Notes: generated from the letters alone by a model not told the origin. Shown: positions 54,039 through 64,000, counted from the stretch's first letter. The stretch: DNA of 64,000 bases from Patescibacteria group bacterium (GCA_034658935.1 JAYEGE010000010.1:3903-67902), one strand, 5' to 3'. Numbers and translations are program-made.

Positions 54039-55814
54039 GTGGGGGACTATGTTAGAATGGCCATAATGATAGCTGAGGAATTGAAGGATTTAATTAAGCG
54101 GGCGCTGGAGGCGCTAGGCTTAGAGATGCCCAATGAAATACATCTTGAACATCCAGATGAACTGGTTCGGGGTGATTATGCCACTAACATGGCGATGGTT
54201 TTGGCCAAGCGAGTTGGCAAGTCCCCGCACGAATTAGCGGAGATCATAATTGCTAAATTAGAGGAATCAAAGCCGGAGACGGTCGAGAAGGTTGAAATTG
54301 CGGGCCCCGGTTTTATTAATTTTCATTTGTCGCTCAAGTTTTTGACTAACGAAGTAGAGCGGGTGCTAAAGATGGGGGATGATTATGGCCGCAATCAAAG
54401 TCGCCAGGGGCAGAAGATAATAATCGAGTTTACCGACCCCAACCCCTTTAAGGAATTCCATATTGGCCACTTGATGAGTAATGCTATTGGCGAGTCGATT
54501 TCGCGCCTCATCGCCGCCACTGGCGCTGAGCTCAAGCGGGCCTGCTACCAAGGTGATGTGGGGATGCATGTGGCCAAGACATTGCTCTCCCTAATGGAGT
54601 TGCCTGATGATGCGCTACCCGTCCAGGCGCCGCTGCAAGAGAAGGCGGCTTTCCTGGGCGACGCTTATGCTAAAGGATCGAATTTATATGAATCAGGAGA
54701 AGGGGAGAAGCAGAAAGCGGGGGATTTAAATAAGAAGATCTACGATCGCACAGACCCTAAGGTCAATAAGCTTTATGATTGGGGGAGAGAAGTAAGCTTA
54801 GAATATTTCGAAACTATTTACGGGAAACTCGGCACTAAGTTCGACCATTATTTCTTCGAGAGTGAAGCAGGGCCGTATGGCAAAGGGGTGGTAGAGGAGT
54901 GGTTAGAGAAGGGGGTTTTCGAAAAAAGCGATGGGGCGGTGGTGTATAAGGGAGACGAGGAAGAGGGCCTACATACTCGCGTTTTTATTAACTCTCAAGA
55001 CCTGCCTACTTACGAGGCCAAGGAATTGGGGCTGGCTAAAATCAAATACGATAAATATCCTTACGAGCATTCGCTGGTTATCACCGGCAACGAGATCAAT
55101 GATTATTTCCGAGTCTTATTGGCGGTGATGGGAGAGGTTTTCCCCAACTTGGCGGCCAAGACCACACATTTAGGTCACGGGATGCTTCGCTTGCCTTCTG
55201 GCAAGATGTCTTCGCGAACGGGTGATGTTATTACGGCGGAGTCATTGCTGACAGAAGTGCGATCTAAGATTGCACCTAAGATCGTCGATAGGGGATTAAC
55301 TGAAGAGGAGAAAGGAATTATCGCCGAACAGGTGGCAGTGGGGGCAATTAAGTATTCGATCTTACACCAGGCTGTTGGCGGCGACATCATTTTCGACCTA
55401 GAAAATTCGGTCTCCTTCGAAGGTGACTCTGGTCCCTATATTCAATACACCTATGCCCGGGCTAGATCTGTTCTGAGTAAAGCAAAAGGGCTTGATCCTA
55501 ACTTGGACATTGAATATCCAAGTAATGCTGGGCCACTTGGATATTCAATGTCCAAGTCCTCCGAATGCCATGTTGAGCGTCTGTTATACCGTTTCCATGA
55601 AATAGTGGCTCAAGCAGCTACCGATTACGCGCCGCATCAGCTCTGTACCTACTTGCACCAACTTGCTTCCGCCTTCAATACCTATTATGGCGAGACAAAA
55701 ATTATTGATGAAGATTCTGATTCAAGTTACCGCCTTGCCCTCACTGCCGCTACCGCTCAAGTTCTTAAGTCTGGCCTCCATCTCTTGGGTATTGCCGCGC
55801 CAGAAAAGATGTAG
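54039..55814 (+). CDS. argS: Arginine--tRNA ligase
   Basis: N-terminal Arg_tRNA_synt_N-like region, FTDPNPFKEFHIGHLMSNAIGES (HIGH), and a C-terminal DALR anticodon-binding region. Length 591 aa. Confidence 0.9.
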   Translation: MGDYVRMAIMIAEELKDLIKRALEALGLEMPNEIHLEHPDELVRGDYATNMAMVLAKRVGKSPHELAEIIIAKLEESKPETVEKVEIAGPGFINFHLSLKFLTNEVERVLKMGDDYGRNQSRQGQKIIIEFTDPNPFKEFHIGHLMSNAIGESISRLIAATGAELKRACYQGDVGMHVAKTLLSLMELPDDALPVQAPLQEKAAFLGDAYAKGSNLYESGEGEKQKAGDLNKKIYDRTDPKVNKLYDWGREVSLEYFETIYGKLGTKFDHYFFESEAGPYGKGVVEEWLEKGVFEKSDGAVVYKGDEEEGLHTRVFINSQDLPTYEAKELGLAKIKYDKYPYEHSLVITGNEINDYFRVLLAVMGEVFPNLAAKTTHLGHGMLRLPSGKMSSRTGDVITAESLLTEVRSKIAPKIVDRGLTEEEKGIIAEQVAVGAIKYSILHQAVGGDIIFDLENSVSFEGDSGPYIQYTYARARSVLSKAKGLDPNLDIEYPSNAGPLGYSMSKSSECHVERLLYRFHEIVAQAATDYAPHQLCTYLHQLASAFNTYYGETKIIDEDSDSSYRLALTAATAQVLKSGLHLLGIAAPEKM

Positions 55815-55843
55815 AAGTAATTATTAATGGCTATTTAAAAAAC

Positions 55844-56692
55844 ATGTCCATTTTTACTCAAATTAAAGATAGTGTATACGAGCCTAGCTTTTATCGAAGC
55901 TTGGGCAAACAGCCGCTCTCGTACTCCTTCAAGTATTTCTTTAAGTTCGTTCTACTTTTGAGTCTGGCTTTCACTATTGTGCTGACTATTAATTGGGCGC
56001 CGAGGGTTAAGGAGGCCTTAAATGAGATCGGCCCCGCTGTAGCCAGTTTTTACCCAGCTGAGTTGGTGGTGACTATTGAAGATGGCATAGCGATAACCAA
56101 TGTGCCCGAGCCGTTTTTCTTTGATATTCCCGCGGGGGACTTTGAGGAGGGGGTGGGTCGCCATGTCGACGAGAGACTTGAGCATCTTCTGGTGATCGAC
56201 ACCACGGAGTCTTTCAGTGTGGAGAAGTTTGGAGAATACCGAACCTTAGCTTGGCTGACTAGGGACGCCTTGGTTGTTATGGATGATCAGGGTATCCAGC
56301 TCATCCCTTTAGCTGAGATTCCAAACATAATCATTGATCGTGCGTTGATCGATGGACTCACTACTTCGTTACAGGATTTCCTCTCCGCCTTTCCGTTCCT
56401 TCTTCTGCCGATCGGCATATTTATTGCCAGCTTCGTCTTTTCGGCTTCCAAGCTTATTTACTTATTGATCGCCGCCTTACTCATTTGGCTATTAACAAAA
56501 ATTATGGGTCAGAGTGCTGGCTATGCTAAGTCCTACCAGATTGGCCTTCATGCCGTGACCTTGGGCATGATATTGCTCCCAGTTCTGCATTACTTGTTCC
56601 CTGGCGTTAGCTTCTCTTTCGACTTCACGATTCTCATGTTGATCATTGTTTGGGCCAACCTGAAAGTTGCTGAGGTGCCGAAACAAGCGTAG
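55844..56692 (+). CDS. Hypothetical polytopic membrane protein
   Basis: Several hydrophobic helices; no motifs. Confidence 0.45.
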   Translation: MSIFTQIKDSVYEPSFYRSLGKQPLSYSFKYFFKFVLLLSLAFTIVLTINWAPRVKEALNEIGPAVASFYPAELVVTIEDGIAITNVPEPFFFDIPAGDFEEGVGRHVDERLEHLLVIDTTESFSVEKFGEYRTLAWLTRDALVVMDDQGIQLIPLAEIPNIIIDRALIDGLTTSLQDFLSAFPFLLLPIGIFIASFVFSASKLIYLLIAALLIWLLTKIMGQSAGYAKSYQIGLHAVTLGMILLPVLHYLFPGVSFSFDFTILMLIIVWANLKVAEVPKQA

Positions 56693-56769
56693 CGGCTCTC
56701 TCTTTGGAAATAGTCTTAGGTCTGGGGGCGGTTTTCGCCTGTCTGGTTTAATGGTAAAATGGCTAAACT

Positions 56770-59700
56770 ATGGCGAAAAATGATGAAGCGGGCCGAAGCA
56801 AGTCTGAGCATGCTCAAAGAGAGGAAGAGATCCTCAAGTTTTGGCAAGAAAATGGAATTTTTGAGAAAGCTCTGGCCAAAGACTCTCCTCAGGGCGAGTT
56901 TGTTTTCTACGAGGGTCCGCCGACGGCCAATGGTCGCCCCGGGATCCATCACCTAGAGGCTCGCGCCTTCAAGGATTTAATCCCGCGTTATAAGACGATG
57001 CAGGGTTATCATGTTGCGCGTAAGGCGGGCTGGGATACCCATGGCTTGCCAGTGGAACTTGAGGTGGAAAAAGAACTCGGACTCAAATCGAAGAAGGAAA
57101 TTGAGGAGTATGGCCTAACCGCCTTCAATCAGAAATGTCGTGAGAGCGTTGGGAAGTATATGAGTGAGTGGCGCGACTTTACCGATCGGGTTGGCTTCTG
57201 GGCGGATCTCGACAACGCTTACGCTACTTACCAGGCTCCTTATATGGAGTCGCTTTGGCATATTATGAAACAAGTCGAGGAGCAGGGTCTCTTTGATAAA
57301 GATTATCGGGTGGTGCCTTGGTGTCCACGTTGTGGCACTGGTCTCTCCTCGCATGAGTTGGCGCAGGGATATAGGGACGTCAAAGACCTGTCGGTCTTTG
57401 CAAAGTTCAAAGTTCAAAGTCCAAATTTCAAAGAGGATACATATTTGTTGGCGTGGACGACTACTCCATGGACGCTACCGGGTAATGTGGCGCTAGTGGT
57501 AAGGGAAGATATAGAGTATGTGGCTGTTCACTATGATCCAGATCCCAAAATGGGCCTTTCTATTACAGAAGGTAAAAATGGCCGTCAGACAAAACGAGTA
57601 GAAATTCATTCGGGGACCTACATCTTAGCGAAAGATATCTTTTTCAAAAATATAAATTCTAATGCTGGGTTACCAGAAGTCAGAGAATTGCTTAATCTAG
57701 ACGGTGATTTATTGTTGCAAGATTTAAAGCAGTATGCGCGTGATCAAGATGGTTTTTTCGAAAAACACAAAGACAGGATCCAAGTTTTTAAGGGCAAAGA
57801 CTTAGCCGGACTTGAATATGAACCACTTTACCCGTTCATGCGGGAGGCTAAGCCGGAGAATATCGAGAATGCTTACAAGGTCTATGCAGTGGGGTCGGGT
57901 TCTGACTTCGTAAACACTGAAGATGGTACTGGTGTTGTCCATACGGCGGTAATGTATGGGCAAGAAGACTTTGAAGTTGGTAGCAAAATCAATTTACCTA
58001 AATACCACACCGTTGATGAGACGGGCCACTTCATAAAGGGCGCCGGTTTCCTCGAGGGCAAATTTGTTCGGGATGAAGAGACAGCAATAGATATCATTAA
58101 GGATCTCGCCGGCCGGGAACTCTTATTTGCCAAAGAGAAATATACCCACTCTTATCCTCATTGTTGGCGCTGTAAGACCGCTCTTATTTATTATGCTCGC
58201 GATTCCTATTATATCCGGATGTCAAAACTGCGAGATAAATTGATTGAAGAAAACAATAATATCCATTGGGAGCCGGAGCATATTCGAGATGGTCGCTTTG
58301 GTGAATGGCTACGAGAACTCAAAGATTGGGCCATCTCTCGCGAGCGTTATTGGGGTACGCCCCTACCTCTTTGGGTTGCTGAGGATGAGAGTCAGTTGAT
58401 GATCGGCTCGGTGAAAGAACTCAAGCAATATACTAAAACGTCGGGTAATAAATATTGGTTGATGCGCCACGGTGAGGCTGAGAATAATACCGGGAGAGTC
58501 TTGAGTTCCTTGCCGGATAACCCTCATCACCTAACCGAGAAGGGGAAGGGGCAGATTGCCGATGCTATTCCTCGGCTTAAGGAGGTTGGAGTCGACCTAA
58601 TTATTAGTTCCGATTTCGTGCGTACGCGGGAGACGGCGGAACTTGTCGCCAAGGGGCTCGGTCTTAACTCTGATCAGATCGTCTATGACGAGCGTTTGCG
58701 GGAAGTTAATCATGGCGACTTTAATGGGCGGCCAGTCGAGGATTATTATAGCTATTATAAAGATACGCCCGAACGTTTCTCTAAAAAATTGCCAAATGGA
58801 GAAGACTTTAATGATGTAAAGAGGAGGATGGGGGAGGCATTGTACGATATTGAAACAAAATATCGCGACAAGAAGGTCCTAATAATTAGCCATGAGAGCC
58901 CCTCTTGGCTCTTGATTGCTGCTAGTACTGGTGCTGACCTCGCCCAAACTATTGCGATGCATGATCATGAGGGCGAGACGCGCGGGGTCAATTTCATCAA
59001 TAACGCCGAGGTGCGACCGCTCAATTTTGTGCCATTGCCACATAACGCTGATTACGAACTCGACTTGCATCGCCCGCATATCGACGAGGTGGTGTTAAAG
59101 AAAGACGGCCAGGAATATAAGCGAGTGTCGGAAGTAATGGATGTGTGGTTTGACTCTGGCTCAATGCCCTTCGCGCAGCATCATTATTTGAGTGGCCAGG
59201 GCGATCTTCCTTACCCGGCGGACTTTATTTCTGAGGCGATAGACCAGACTCGGGGTTGGTTTTACACTCTACTTGCTGTCGGTGTGTTAATGGGGCGAGG
59301 GGCGCCCTACAAGAATGTTATTTGTCTCGGCCATCTCTTAGACGAGAAGGGGCAGAAGATGTCTAAGTCGATAGGGAACGTGGTTGATCCTTGGTTGATG
59401 ATGGATAAGTACGGCGCCGATGTACTCCGCTTCTGGATGTACTCAATAAGCCAACCAGGTGAACCGAAGAATTTTGATGAGAAGACGGTGCAGGAGGTGG
59501 TGAATAAGGTGGTGAATATGCTGTTGAATGTGACGAAGTTTTATCAACAGTCTGGAGGGGAGGAGTTCGCAGATCGCGTACCGTTGTGGGATATGGAATC
59601 CTGGGAGAGTGGCGAGTTGCGCTATGAAGACAAAAGGCCAATGGGGGGCGAGTATAACGATCTGGACCATTGGATTATAGAGAAATTGCATTTACTGGTT

Positions 59701-60447
59701 CGCGATGTGACGATTAATTTAGACAAATATCGTGTGCTGGAACCGGCCAGGGCAATTAGAGATTTTATCGCCGATCTATCTCAATGGTATATAAAAAATT
59801 CCAGAGATGAGTTTAAGGTTCGAGACTTCGAAAAGAAACAGCAAGTTTTGGCAACGACCAGATATGTTTTAGTCGAACTGTCTAAACTTATGGCCCCCTT
59901 TATGCCATTTCTTGCGGAATACGTGTTCCAACAAGTTGGCGATTGTGATGGTGGGAAAAGAAGTGTCCACCAAGAAGATTGGCCGCAAATTTCAAATGCA
60001 TGTGACCTAGAGGTTATTGATGAAATGAAATGTGTACGTAGTCTAATTTCTCGAGTTTTAGAACGTCGGGCTTCTGCTGGTATAAGGATTCGGCAGCCCC
60101 TACCTTCACTGAAAATCAAGGGCGATGGGTTGGCTGGGTTGAACGACAAACCTGGGTTGAAGGATCTGATAGGGCGTGCGGTGAATGTTAAAAAAATCAT
60201 TGTTGACAGCACCATCCAATCAGAAATAGAACTCGATACCAATATTACCCCTGAGCTTCAGGAAGAAGGGGATTTGCGAGATCTCATTCGTGAATTACAG
60301 GAGCAGAGGAAGAAAGGGGGGCTTAAACCTGGCGAGCCAGCTGAATTGAGTGTGTCGATTGATAGGAAAGAATTTGTTACCAAACACGAAACGGCATTGA
60401 AAGAAGCTGTCTCTGCTACTGGTTTTAATTTTACCTCGCGGTTTTAA
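56770..60447 (+). CDS. ileS: Isoleucine--tRNA ligase carrying an inserted histidine-phosphatase (PGAM-like) domain
   Basis: IleRS-specific motifs: GPPTANG...IHH, GWDTHGLPVE, PHCWRCKTALIYY, WAISRERYWGTPLP, DVWFDSGSMP and KMSKSIGN. Length is 1225 aa, against about 940-1050 typical. The insert is LMRHGEAENN...RTRETA...LIISHESPSWLL. Confidence 0.9.
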   Translation: MAKNDEAGRSKSEHAQREEEILKFWQENGIFEKALAKDSPQGEFVFYEGPPTANGRPGIHHLEARAFKDLIPRYKTMQGYHVARKAGWDTHGLPVELEVEKELGLKSKKEIEEYGLTAFNQKCRESVGKYMSEWRDFTDRVGFWADLDNAYATYQAPYMESLWHIMKQVEEQGLFDKDYRVVPWCPRCGTGLSSHELAQGYRDVKDLSVFAKFKVQSPNFKEDTYLLAWTTTPWTLPGNVALVVREDIEYVAVHYDPDPKMGLSITEGKNGRQTKRVEIHSGTYILAKDIFFKNINSNAGLPEVRELLNLDGDLLLQDLKQYARDQDGFFEKHKDRIQVFKGKDLAGLEYEPLYPFMREAKPENIENAYKVYAVGSGSDFVNTEDGTGVVHTAVMYGQEDFEVGSKINLPKYHTVDETGHFIKGAGFLEGKFVRDEETAIDIIKDLAGRELLFAKEKYTHSYPHCWRCKTALIYYARDSYYIRMSKLRDKLIEENNNIHWEPEHIRDGRFGEWLRELKDWAISRERYWGTPLPLWVAEDESQLMIGSVKELKQYTKTSGNKYWLMRHGEAENNTGRVLSSLPDNPHHLTEKGKGQIADAIPRLKEVGVDLIISSDFVRTRETAELVAKGLGLNSDQIVYDERLREVNHGDFNGRPVEDYYSYYKDTPERFSKKLPNGEDFNDVKRRMGEALYDIETKYRDKKVLIISHESPSWLLIAASTGADLAQTIAMHDHEGETRGVNFINNAEVRPLNFVPLPHNADYELDLHRPHIDEVVLKKDGQEYKRVSEVMDVWFDSGSMPFAQHHYLSGQGDLPYPADFISEAIDQTRGWFYTLLAVGVLMGRGAPYKNVICLGHLLDEKGQKMSKSIGNVVDPWLMMDKYGADVLRFWMYSISQPGEPKNFDEKTVQEVVNKVVNMLLNVTKFYQQSGGEEFADRVPLWDMESWESGELRYEDKRPMGGEYNDLDHWIIEKLHLLVRDVTINLDKYRVLEPARAIRDFIADLSQWYIKNSRDEFKVRDFEKKQQVLATTRYVLVELSKLMAPFMPFLAEYVFQQVGDCDGGKRSVHQEDWPQISNACDLEVIDEMKCVRSLISRVLERRASAGIRIRQPLPSLKIKGDGLAGLNDKPGLKDLIGRAVNVKKIIVDSTIQSEIELDTNITPELQEEGDLRDLIRELQEQRKKGGLKPGEPAELSVSIDRKEFVTKHETALKEAVSATGFNFTSRF

Positions 60448-60460
60448 GTTTTGCGCTCCC

Positions 60461-61006
60461 ATGTCGCACCATCTCCACCATACTCAAGGGATTCTGATCC
60501 ACAGTCGCTCTTATGGTGAGGCCAATAGACTTCTCTATCTGCTTACTCCCGATCTCGGCCTGGTCTTAGTGGCTGCTCAGGGTGTTCGGCAATCTTACTC
60601 CAAGCTTCGAGGGCAATTAAGTAATTACTCTCAGCTCCGCCTATCTTTAGTGCGGGGTCGCGGAGTTTGGCGCCTAACGGCCGCCGAATCCCTAAACGGT
60701 TTTCAAGTTAGCGCCCTACCATTGGAGGCAAGGCGAGTTTGGTTACGTCTTTGCGCCTTGCTCGTTCGCCTGGTCCATGGCGAGGAGGGGCATCCCGAGC
60801 TCTTCGCTTGTTTTATTAATTGGGCTGAACAATTACCGTCTCTGGAGGCTGATGCCTTAGCTCGCCGCAGTCTCTTGTGGCATCTGGAGTTACTGTATCT
60901 TCTCGGTTATATTCCCAAAGAGCAACTTGATTATGCTCGATTGAACGAAGACGAGCCACGCTTGGTGGCACTCATTAACCAGGCCCTAGAGGGGAGTCAT
61001 CTCTAG
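60461..61006 (+). CDS. recO: RecO-like DNA repair protein (short form without a zinc finger)
   Basis: GILIHSRSYGEANRLLYLLT (OB-fold N-terminus typical of RecO), a helical C-terminus, and position next to an aaRS gene as in many genomes. Moderate confidence only. Confidence 0.5.
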   Translation: MSHHLHHTQGILIHSRSYGEANRLLYLLTPDLGLVLVAAQGVRQSYSKLRGQLSNYSQLRLSLVRGRGVWRLTAAESLNGFQVSALPLEARRVWLRLCALLVRLVHGEEGHPELFACFINWAEQLPSLEADALARRSLLWHLELLYLLGYIPKEQLDYARLNEDEPRLVALINQALEGSHL

Positions 61007-61040
61007 GTGCCTATGTTATACTGCTAAGCGACTTAAGATA

Positions 61041-62990
61041 ATGCCGGAACCAGAATCCAACCAAACACCTCAGCCGCTTGAGCGCCCTGACAGACTGGAA
61101 GATCTTCAGCAACGATTATATAAGCGCGATGCTGAGTCGCCTAAATTGCGCCGAACGCGTTTGTCTGAAGCTGGTCCTGGAGATCGGCAGGGTTGGCCAG
61201 ACTCAGAACCTGAGGAATCTACTCGCTCTAAAACTAAAATGCTTAAAATAATCTTTTGGGTTGCCGTTCTACTCTTCGTAATTAGTGCCGCCGCTGCTGC
61301 GTGGGTTTTTCTCCAAGATTCTAATACTGTCTCTAGTGGTAATGTTGATTTGGAAGTTGTCGGGCCTTTAACTATCCAAGCTGGGGAGATCTCTAATTTC
61401 CAGGTTGAAATTGCCAATCGCAATAATTCGCCGCTGGAGTTCGTTGATTTAATCGTTAATTATCCGTCAGGAACTCTGGCCGCCGATGAGACTGGGCGGG
61501 AATTGGGGCGAGAGCGAGAAACTTTAGGCACTATTCCTGCCGGCGAAACCGTTCGCCGTGAGCTGAGGGCGTCACTCTTTGGCGAACGTAACGGTATTTT
61601 GCCGGTTGGTGTTGGTATTGAATACAGGTTGGTTGGTTCTAACGCCATCTTTGACAAGCGAGTTACTTATGAGGTGACGGTCGGCGCCTCGCCGCTGTCG
61701 CTGACAATGGAGGCGCCTGAGGAGGTTAACACTAACCAAGAGATGGCTCTTGATGTGGAAGTCATTTCTAATTCTGAGACAGCCCTCATCGATACCTTGG
61801 TGACCCTTGAATACCCGCCCGGCTTTAGATTAACTCAAGCTGAGCCGGCTTCACTTAATCAGCATAATGTTTGGCGCTTGCCGAAGCTCGAGGCTGGTGA
61901 GACTTGGTCTCTGTATCTGATCGGGACTCTGGAGGGGCAAGATGACGAGTCCAAAACTTTCCGAGCTCGAGCTGGCATGCCCTCAGCTAATAATTCGGAG
62001 GTGGTTGGCGCACTCTATGGTACCGATGTTGCTAGTGTGGCTATTCGTCGGCCTTACGTTAGCTTGGCGGCGTCTATTAATGGCGATCCGGCGTCCGAGT
62101 ATATCGGATCGAGTAGACAGTCTTTGGGACTAGCTATTGAGTGGTTTAATAATTTGCCGGTAGCGGTAACTGATGGTGAGATTATCGTCGAGCTCGACGG
62201 CGAGACACTCGAGCGCTCAAGTGTCTCACCTGGGCTTGGCTTCTACCAATCAAGCGGTAATCGTGTTCTTTGGAATAAGAATAGCACTCCGGTCTTGAGC
62301 GAAATCGCTCCTGGCGAGAGGGGCGGAGTTAGCTTAGATTTCAATTCTGTTTCCCTGACAGCAGATGATAATTACCAATTCGATAATCCAGAAATTAATC
62401 TTCTAATTAAATTCCGTGGTCGTCGAGCTACTGAGTCAGAGATAGGCGATCAGATTGAGACCGAGGTGCGTCGCCTGGTCAAGTTAAATACCGTTCTGCA
62501 ATCAGCCGCCAAGGTGCTGTATAATAGTGGTCCATTCACTAACTCTGGCCCTTTGCCGCCCAAGATTGGCCAAGAGACCACTTACACAGTGGTTTGGACG
62601 GCAGTTAATTCCACTAATGATCTGGCGGGGGCAAAGATGGAGGCGGTTCTACCACCTTACGTTCGTTGGTTGGGAGAGGTCTCGCCAGGGACTGAGGATG
62701 TCGATTTTCTAGCAAACGCCTCCGGCGGCGGCGCCATTACTTGGGAATTAGGTGAAATCAAGGCGGGCACTGGTTATAATCTGGCGGCTCGCGAGGTGGC
62801 CTTCAGGATTGCTCTTGATCCCAGCCTTAATCATGTGGGCTCGGCGCCCAATCTCCTGTCACGTCCTAGTATAACCGCCAGGGATGTCTTCACTGGGCGG
62901 ACGATTAATGATAGGGTTAGTCGCGATCTCGATACTAATCTAAACAAAGACCCTCAATTTAGTTTTGGGCAAGACAAGGTTGTTCAATAA
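61041..62990 (+). CDS. Membrane-anchored large extracytoplasmic protein with repeated beta-sandwich (CARDB/DUF11-like) modules
   Basis: About 70 aa of charged N-terminus, a TM helix IIFWVAVLLFVISAAAAAWVF, then repeated about 100-aa segments (LEVVGPLTIQAGE..., LTMEAPEEVNTNQE..., VEIANRNNSPLEF...). Confidence 0.5.
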   Translation: MPEPESNQTPQPLERPDRLEDLQQRLYKRDAESPKLRRTRLSEAGPGDRQGWPDSEPEESTRSKTKMLKIIFWVAVLLFVISAAAAAWVFLQDSNTVSSGNVDLEVVGPLTIQAGEISNFQVEIANRNNSPLEFVDLIVNYPSGTLAADETGRELGRERETLGTIPAGETVRRELRASLFGERNGILPVGVGIEYRLVGSNAIFDKRVTYEVTVGASPLSLTMEAPEEVNTNQEMALDVEVISNSETALIDTLVTLEYPPGFRLTQAEPASLNQHNVWRLPKLEAGETWSLYLIGTLEGQDDESKTFRARAGMPSANNSEVVGALYGTDVASVAIRRPYVSLAASINGDPASEYIGSSRQSLGLAIEWFNNLPVAVTDGEIIVELDGETLERSSVSPGLGFYQSSGNRVLWNKNSTPVLSEIAPGERGGVSLDFNSVSLTADDNYQFDNPEINLLIKFRGRRATESEIGDQIETEVRRLVKLNTVLQSAAKVLYNSGPFTNSGPLPPKIGQETTYTVVWTAVNSTNDLAGAKMEAVLPPYVRWLGEVSPGTEDVDFLANASGGGAITWELGEIKAGTGYNLAAREVAFRIALDPSLNHVGSAPNLLSRPSITARDVFTGRTINDRVSRDLDTNLNKDPQFSFGQDKVVQ

Positions 62991-62991
62991 C

Positions 62992-64000
62992 ATGAGCCGA
63001 GACAAACCGCCAGAATTAATGGAAAAGATTGTTTCCCTCGCCAAGAGGAGGGGATTTGTTTTTCCGTCGTCTGAGATCTATGGTGGCTTTGCTGGAGTTT
63101 ACGATTTTGGTCCCTTTGGCGTAGAGCTCGAGAATAATCTTAAAACCCAATGGTGGCAGAAAATGGTCTACGACCGAGATGAAATCGTCGGGCTAGACTC
63201 AAGCATTTTCATGAGCCCGAAGATTTGGGAGGCCAGCGGGCATACGAGCGGGTTCTCGGATCCGTTAGTCGAGTGTAAGGAATGTAATACGCGGCATCGG
63301 GCAGACAAGATGCTTGAAGAGATGGGGGTAGCGGCTGATGAGAAGATGGACGAGGAAGAGATCAATAAAATATTTGATGAGCATAAAAGTAAATTAAAAT
63401 GTCCCTCTTGTGGCAAGCAAGATTTCACTCCGGTACGCAAATTTAATTTGTTGGTAAAAAGTAATTTGGGAGATTTTACAAATGATAATTCTGACCCTGC
63501 CTATTTGCGGGGGGAGACTTGCCAGGGGATATACGTTAATTACAAGAACGTTTTAGACTCGATGCATCCCAAAATTCCTTTCGGCATTGCCCAAATTGGC
63601 AAGGCCTTCCGCAACGAGATATCTCCCCGGCAATTTATTTTCCGCGGCCGAGAGTTTGAGCAAATGGAGATGCAGTATTTTGTGAAGCCTGACGAAGAAA
63701 TGGAAGAGTATGAGAAATTGAGAAAGTATCGCTTTGATGCCGTATTAGACCTAGGCCTCAAAGAGGAAAACGTCAGATGGAAGAAGCACGATAATCTGGT
63801 CTTCTATGCCAAGGAGGCCTACGATATTGAGTATAAATTCCCTTGGGGCTTTGATGAACTGGAAGGCGTCCATGCTCGTGGTGATTATGATTTAGCCCAA
63901 CATGCCAAAGGTTGTGGTAAGCCCCTGGATTATCTTGATCAGGAAACGGGTGAGAAATTTGTTCCTCATATTATCGAATCTTCTGGCGGGGTGGGGAGAT
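62992..64000 (+). CDS. glyQS: Glycine--tRNA ligase (alpha2 dimeric type), 3'-truncated by the window end
   Basis: MSRDKPPELMEKIVSLAKRRGFVFPSSEIYGG...YDFGPFG class II motif 1 region. The frame is open to nt 64000. Confidence 0.9.
   Translation, partial: MSRDKPPELMEKIVSLAKRRGFVFPSSEIYGGFAGVYDFGPFGVELENNLKTQWWQKMVYDRDEIVGLDSSIFMSPKIWEASGHTSGFSDPLVECKECNTRHRADKMLEEMGVAADEKMDEEEINKIFDEHKSKLKCPSCGKQDFTPVRKFNLLVKSNLGDFTNDNSDPAYLRGETCQGIYVNYKNVLDSMHPKIPFGIAQIGKAFRNEISPRQFIFRGREFEQMEMQYFVKPDEEMEEYEKLRKYRFDAVLDLGLKEENVRWKKHDNLVFYAKEAYDIEYKFPWGFDELEGVHARGDYDLAQHAKGCGKPLDYLDQETGEKFVPHIIESSGGVGR

Noticed and set aside
1-64000. CRISPR arrays, rRNA genes, transposases or integrases
   Set aside because: No regularly spaced direct repeats with unique spacers. 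No 16S or 23S signatures. No DDE or tyrosine-recombinase ORFs were recognised anywhere in the window.

Overview
This 64-kb window reads like a streamlined, small-genome bacterium, possibly CPR/Patescibacteria-like. That affiliation is inference only, from these traits: most genes lack Shine-Dalgarno sequences, L28, S14 and an unusual L24 are Zn-ribbon forms, and L30 is absent. The genome is densely coding.

Gene content in order:
- A 5'-truncated Gly/Asn-rich surface protein, then tpiA-pgk.
- A HIT hydrolase, recJ, a ~1.2 kb repeat-rich insert-like region, and rnhA.
- A comEC gene split into membrane and MBL-domain ORFs, then rpmB and an M50 protease.
- The str operon (rpsL-rpsG-fusA; tuf after an intervening secreted-protein gene).
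- A nearly complete S10/spc ribosomal-protein operon (rpsJ through rplO, secY, adk, map). It is interrupted by a 524-aa secreted protein plus terminator and promoter, and by three copies of a ~90 bp intergenic repeat.
- After map, the usual infA-rpmJ-rpsM-rpsK-rpsD-rpoA-rplQ block is replaced by small ORFs and a 925-aa HerA/VirD4-like P-loop ATPase with a novel N-terminal half.
- Next come ndk, an RNase J-like beta-CASP hydrolase and a LOG/TIGR00725-like protein.
- Further on: infC-rpmI-rplT, an SDR, a dUTPase-like protein, a GNAT, PepE, a NUDIX hydrolase, and a LexA-like repressor translationally coupled to a C5 cytosine methyltransferase with a convergent HTH-nuclease, abutting smpB-ssrA (tmRNA).
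- Finally ftsH, tRNA-Ile(UAU), glyA, tmk, argS, ileS, recO-like and glyQS.

The most striking observations:
- ileS carries a complete histidine-phosphatase (PGAM-like, RHGE...SHE) domain inserted between the ISRxRYWG and DVWFDSG motifs.
- Inverted duplicates of the 3' ends of both tmRNA and tRNA-Ile lie tail-to-tail just downstream of those genes.
- Three palindromic/intergenic repeat families recur across the window: TTGGACAC-N3-GTGTCCAA, TTCAGAGCTCGGCTCTGAA and ATCCGCCGCGGCGGAT.
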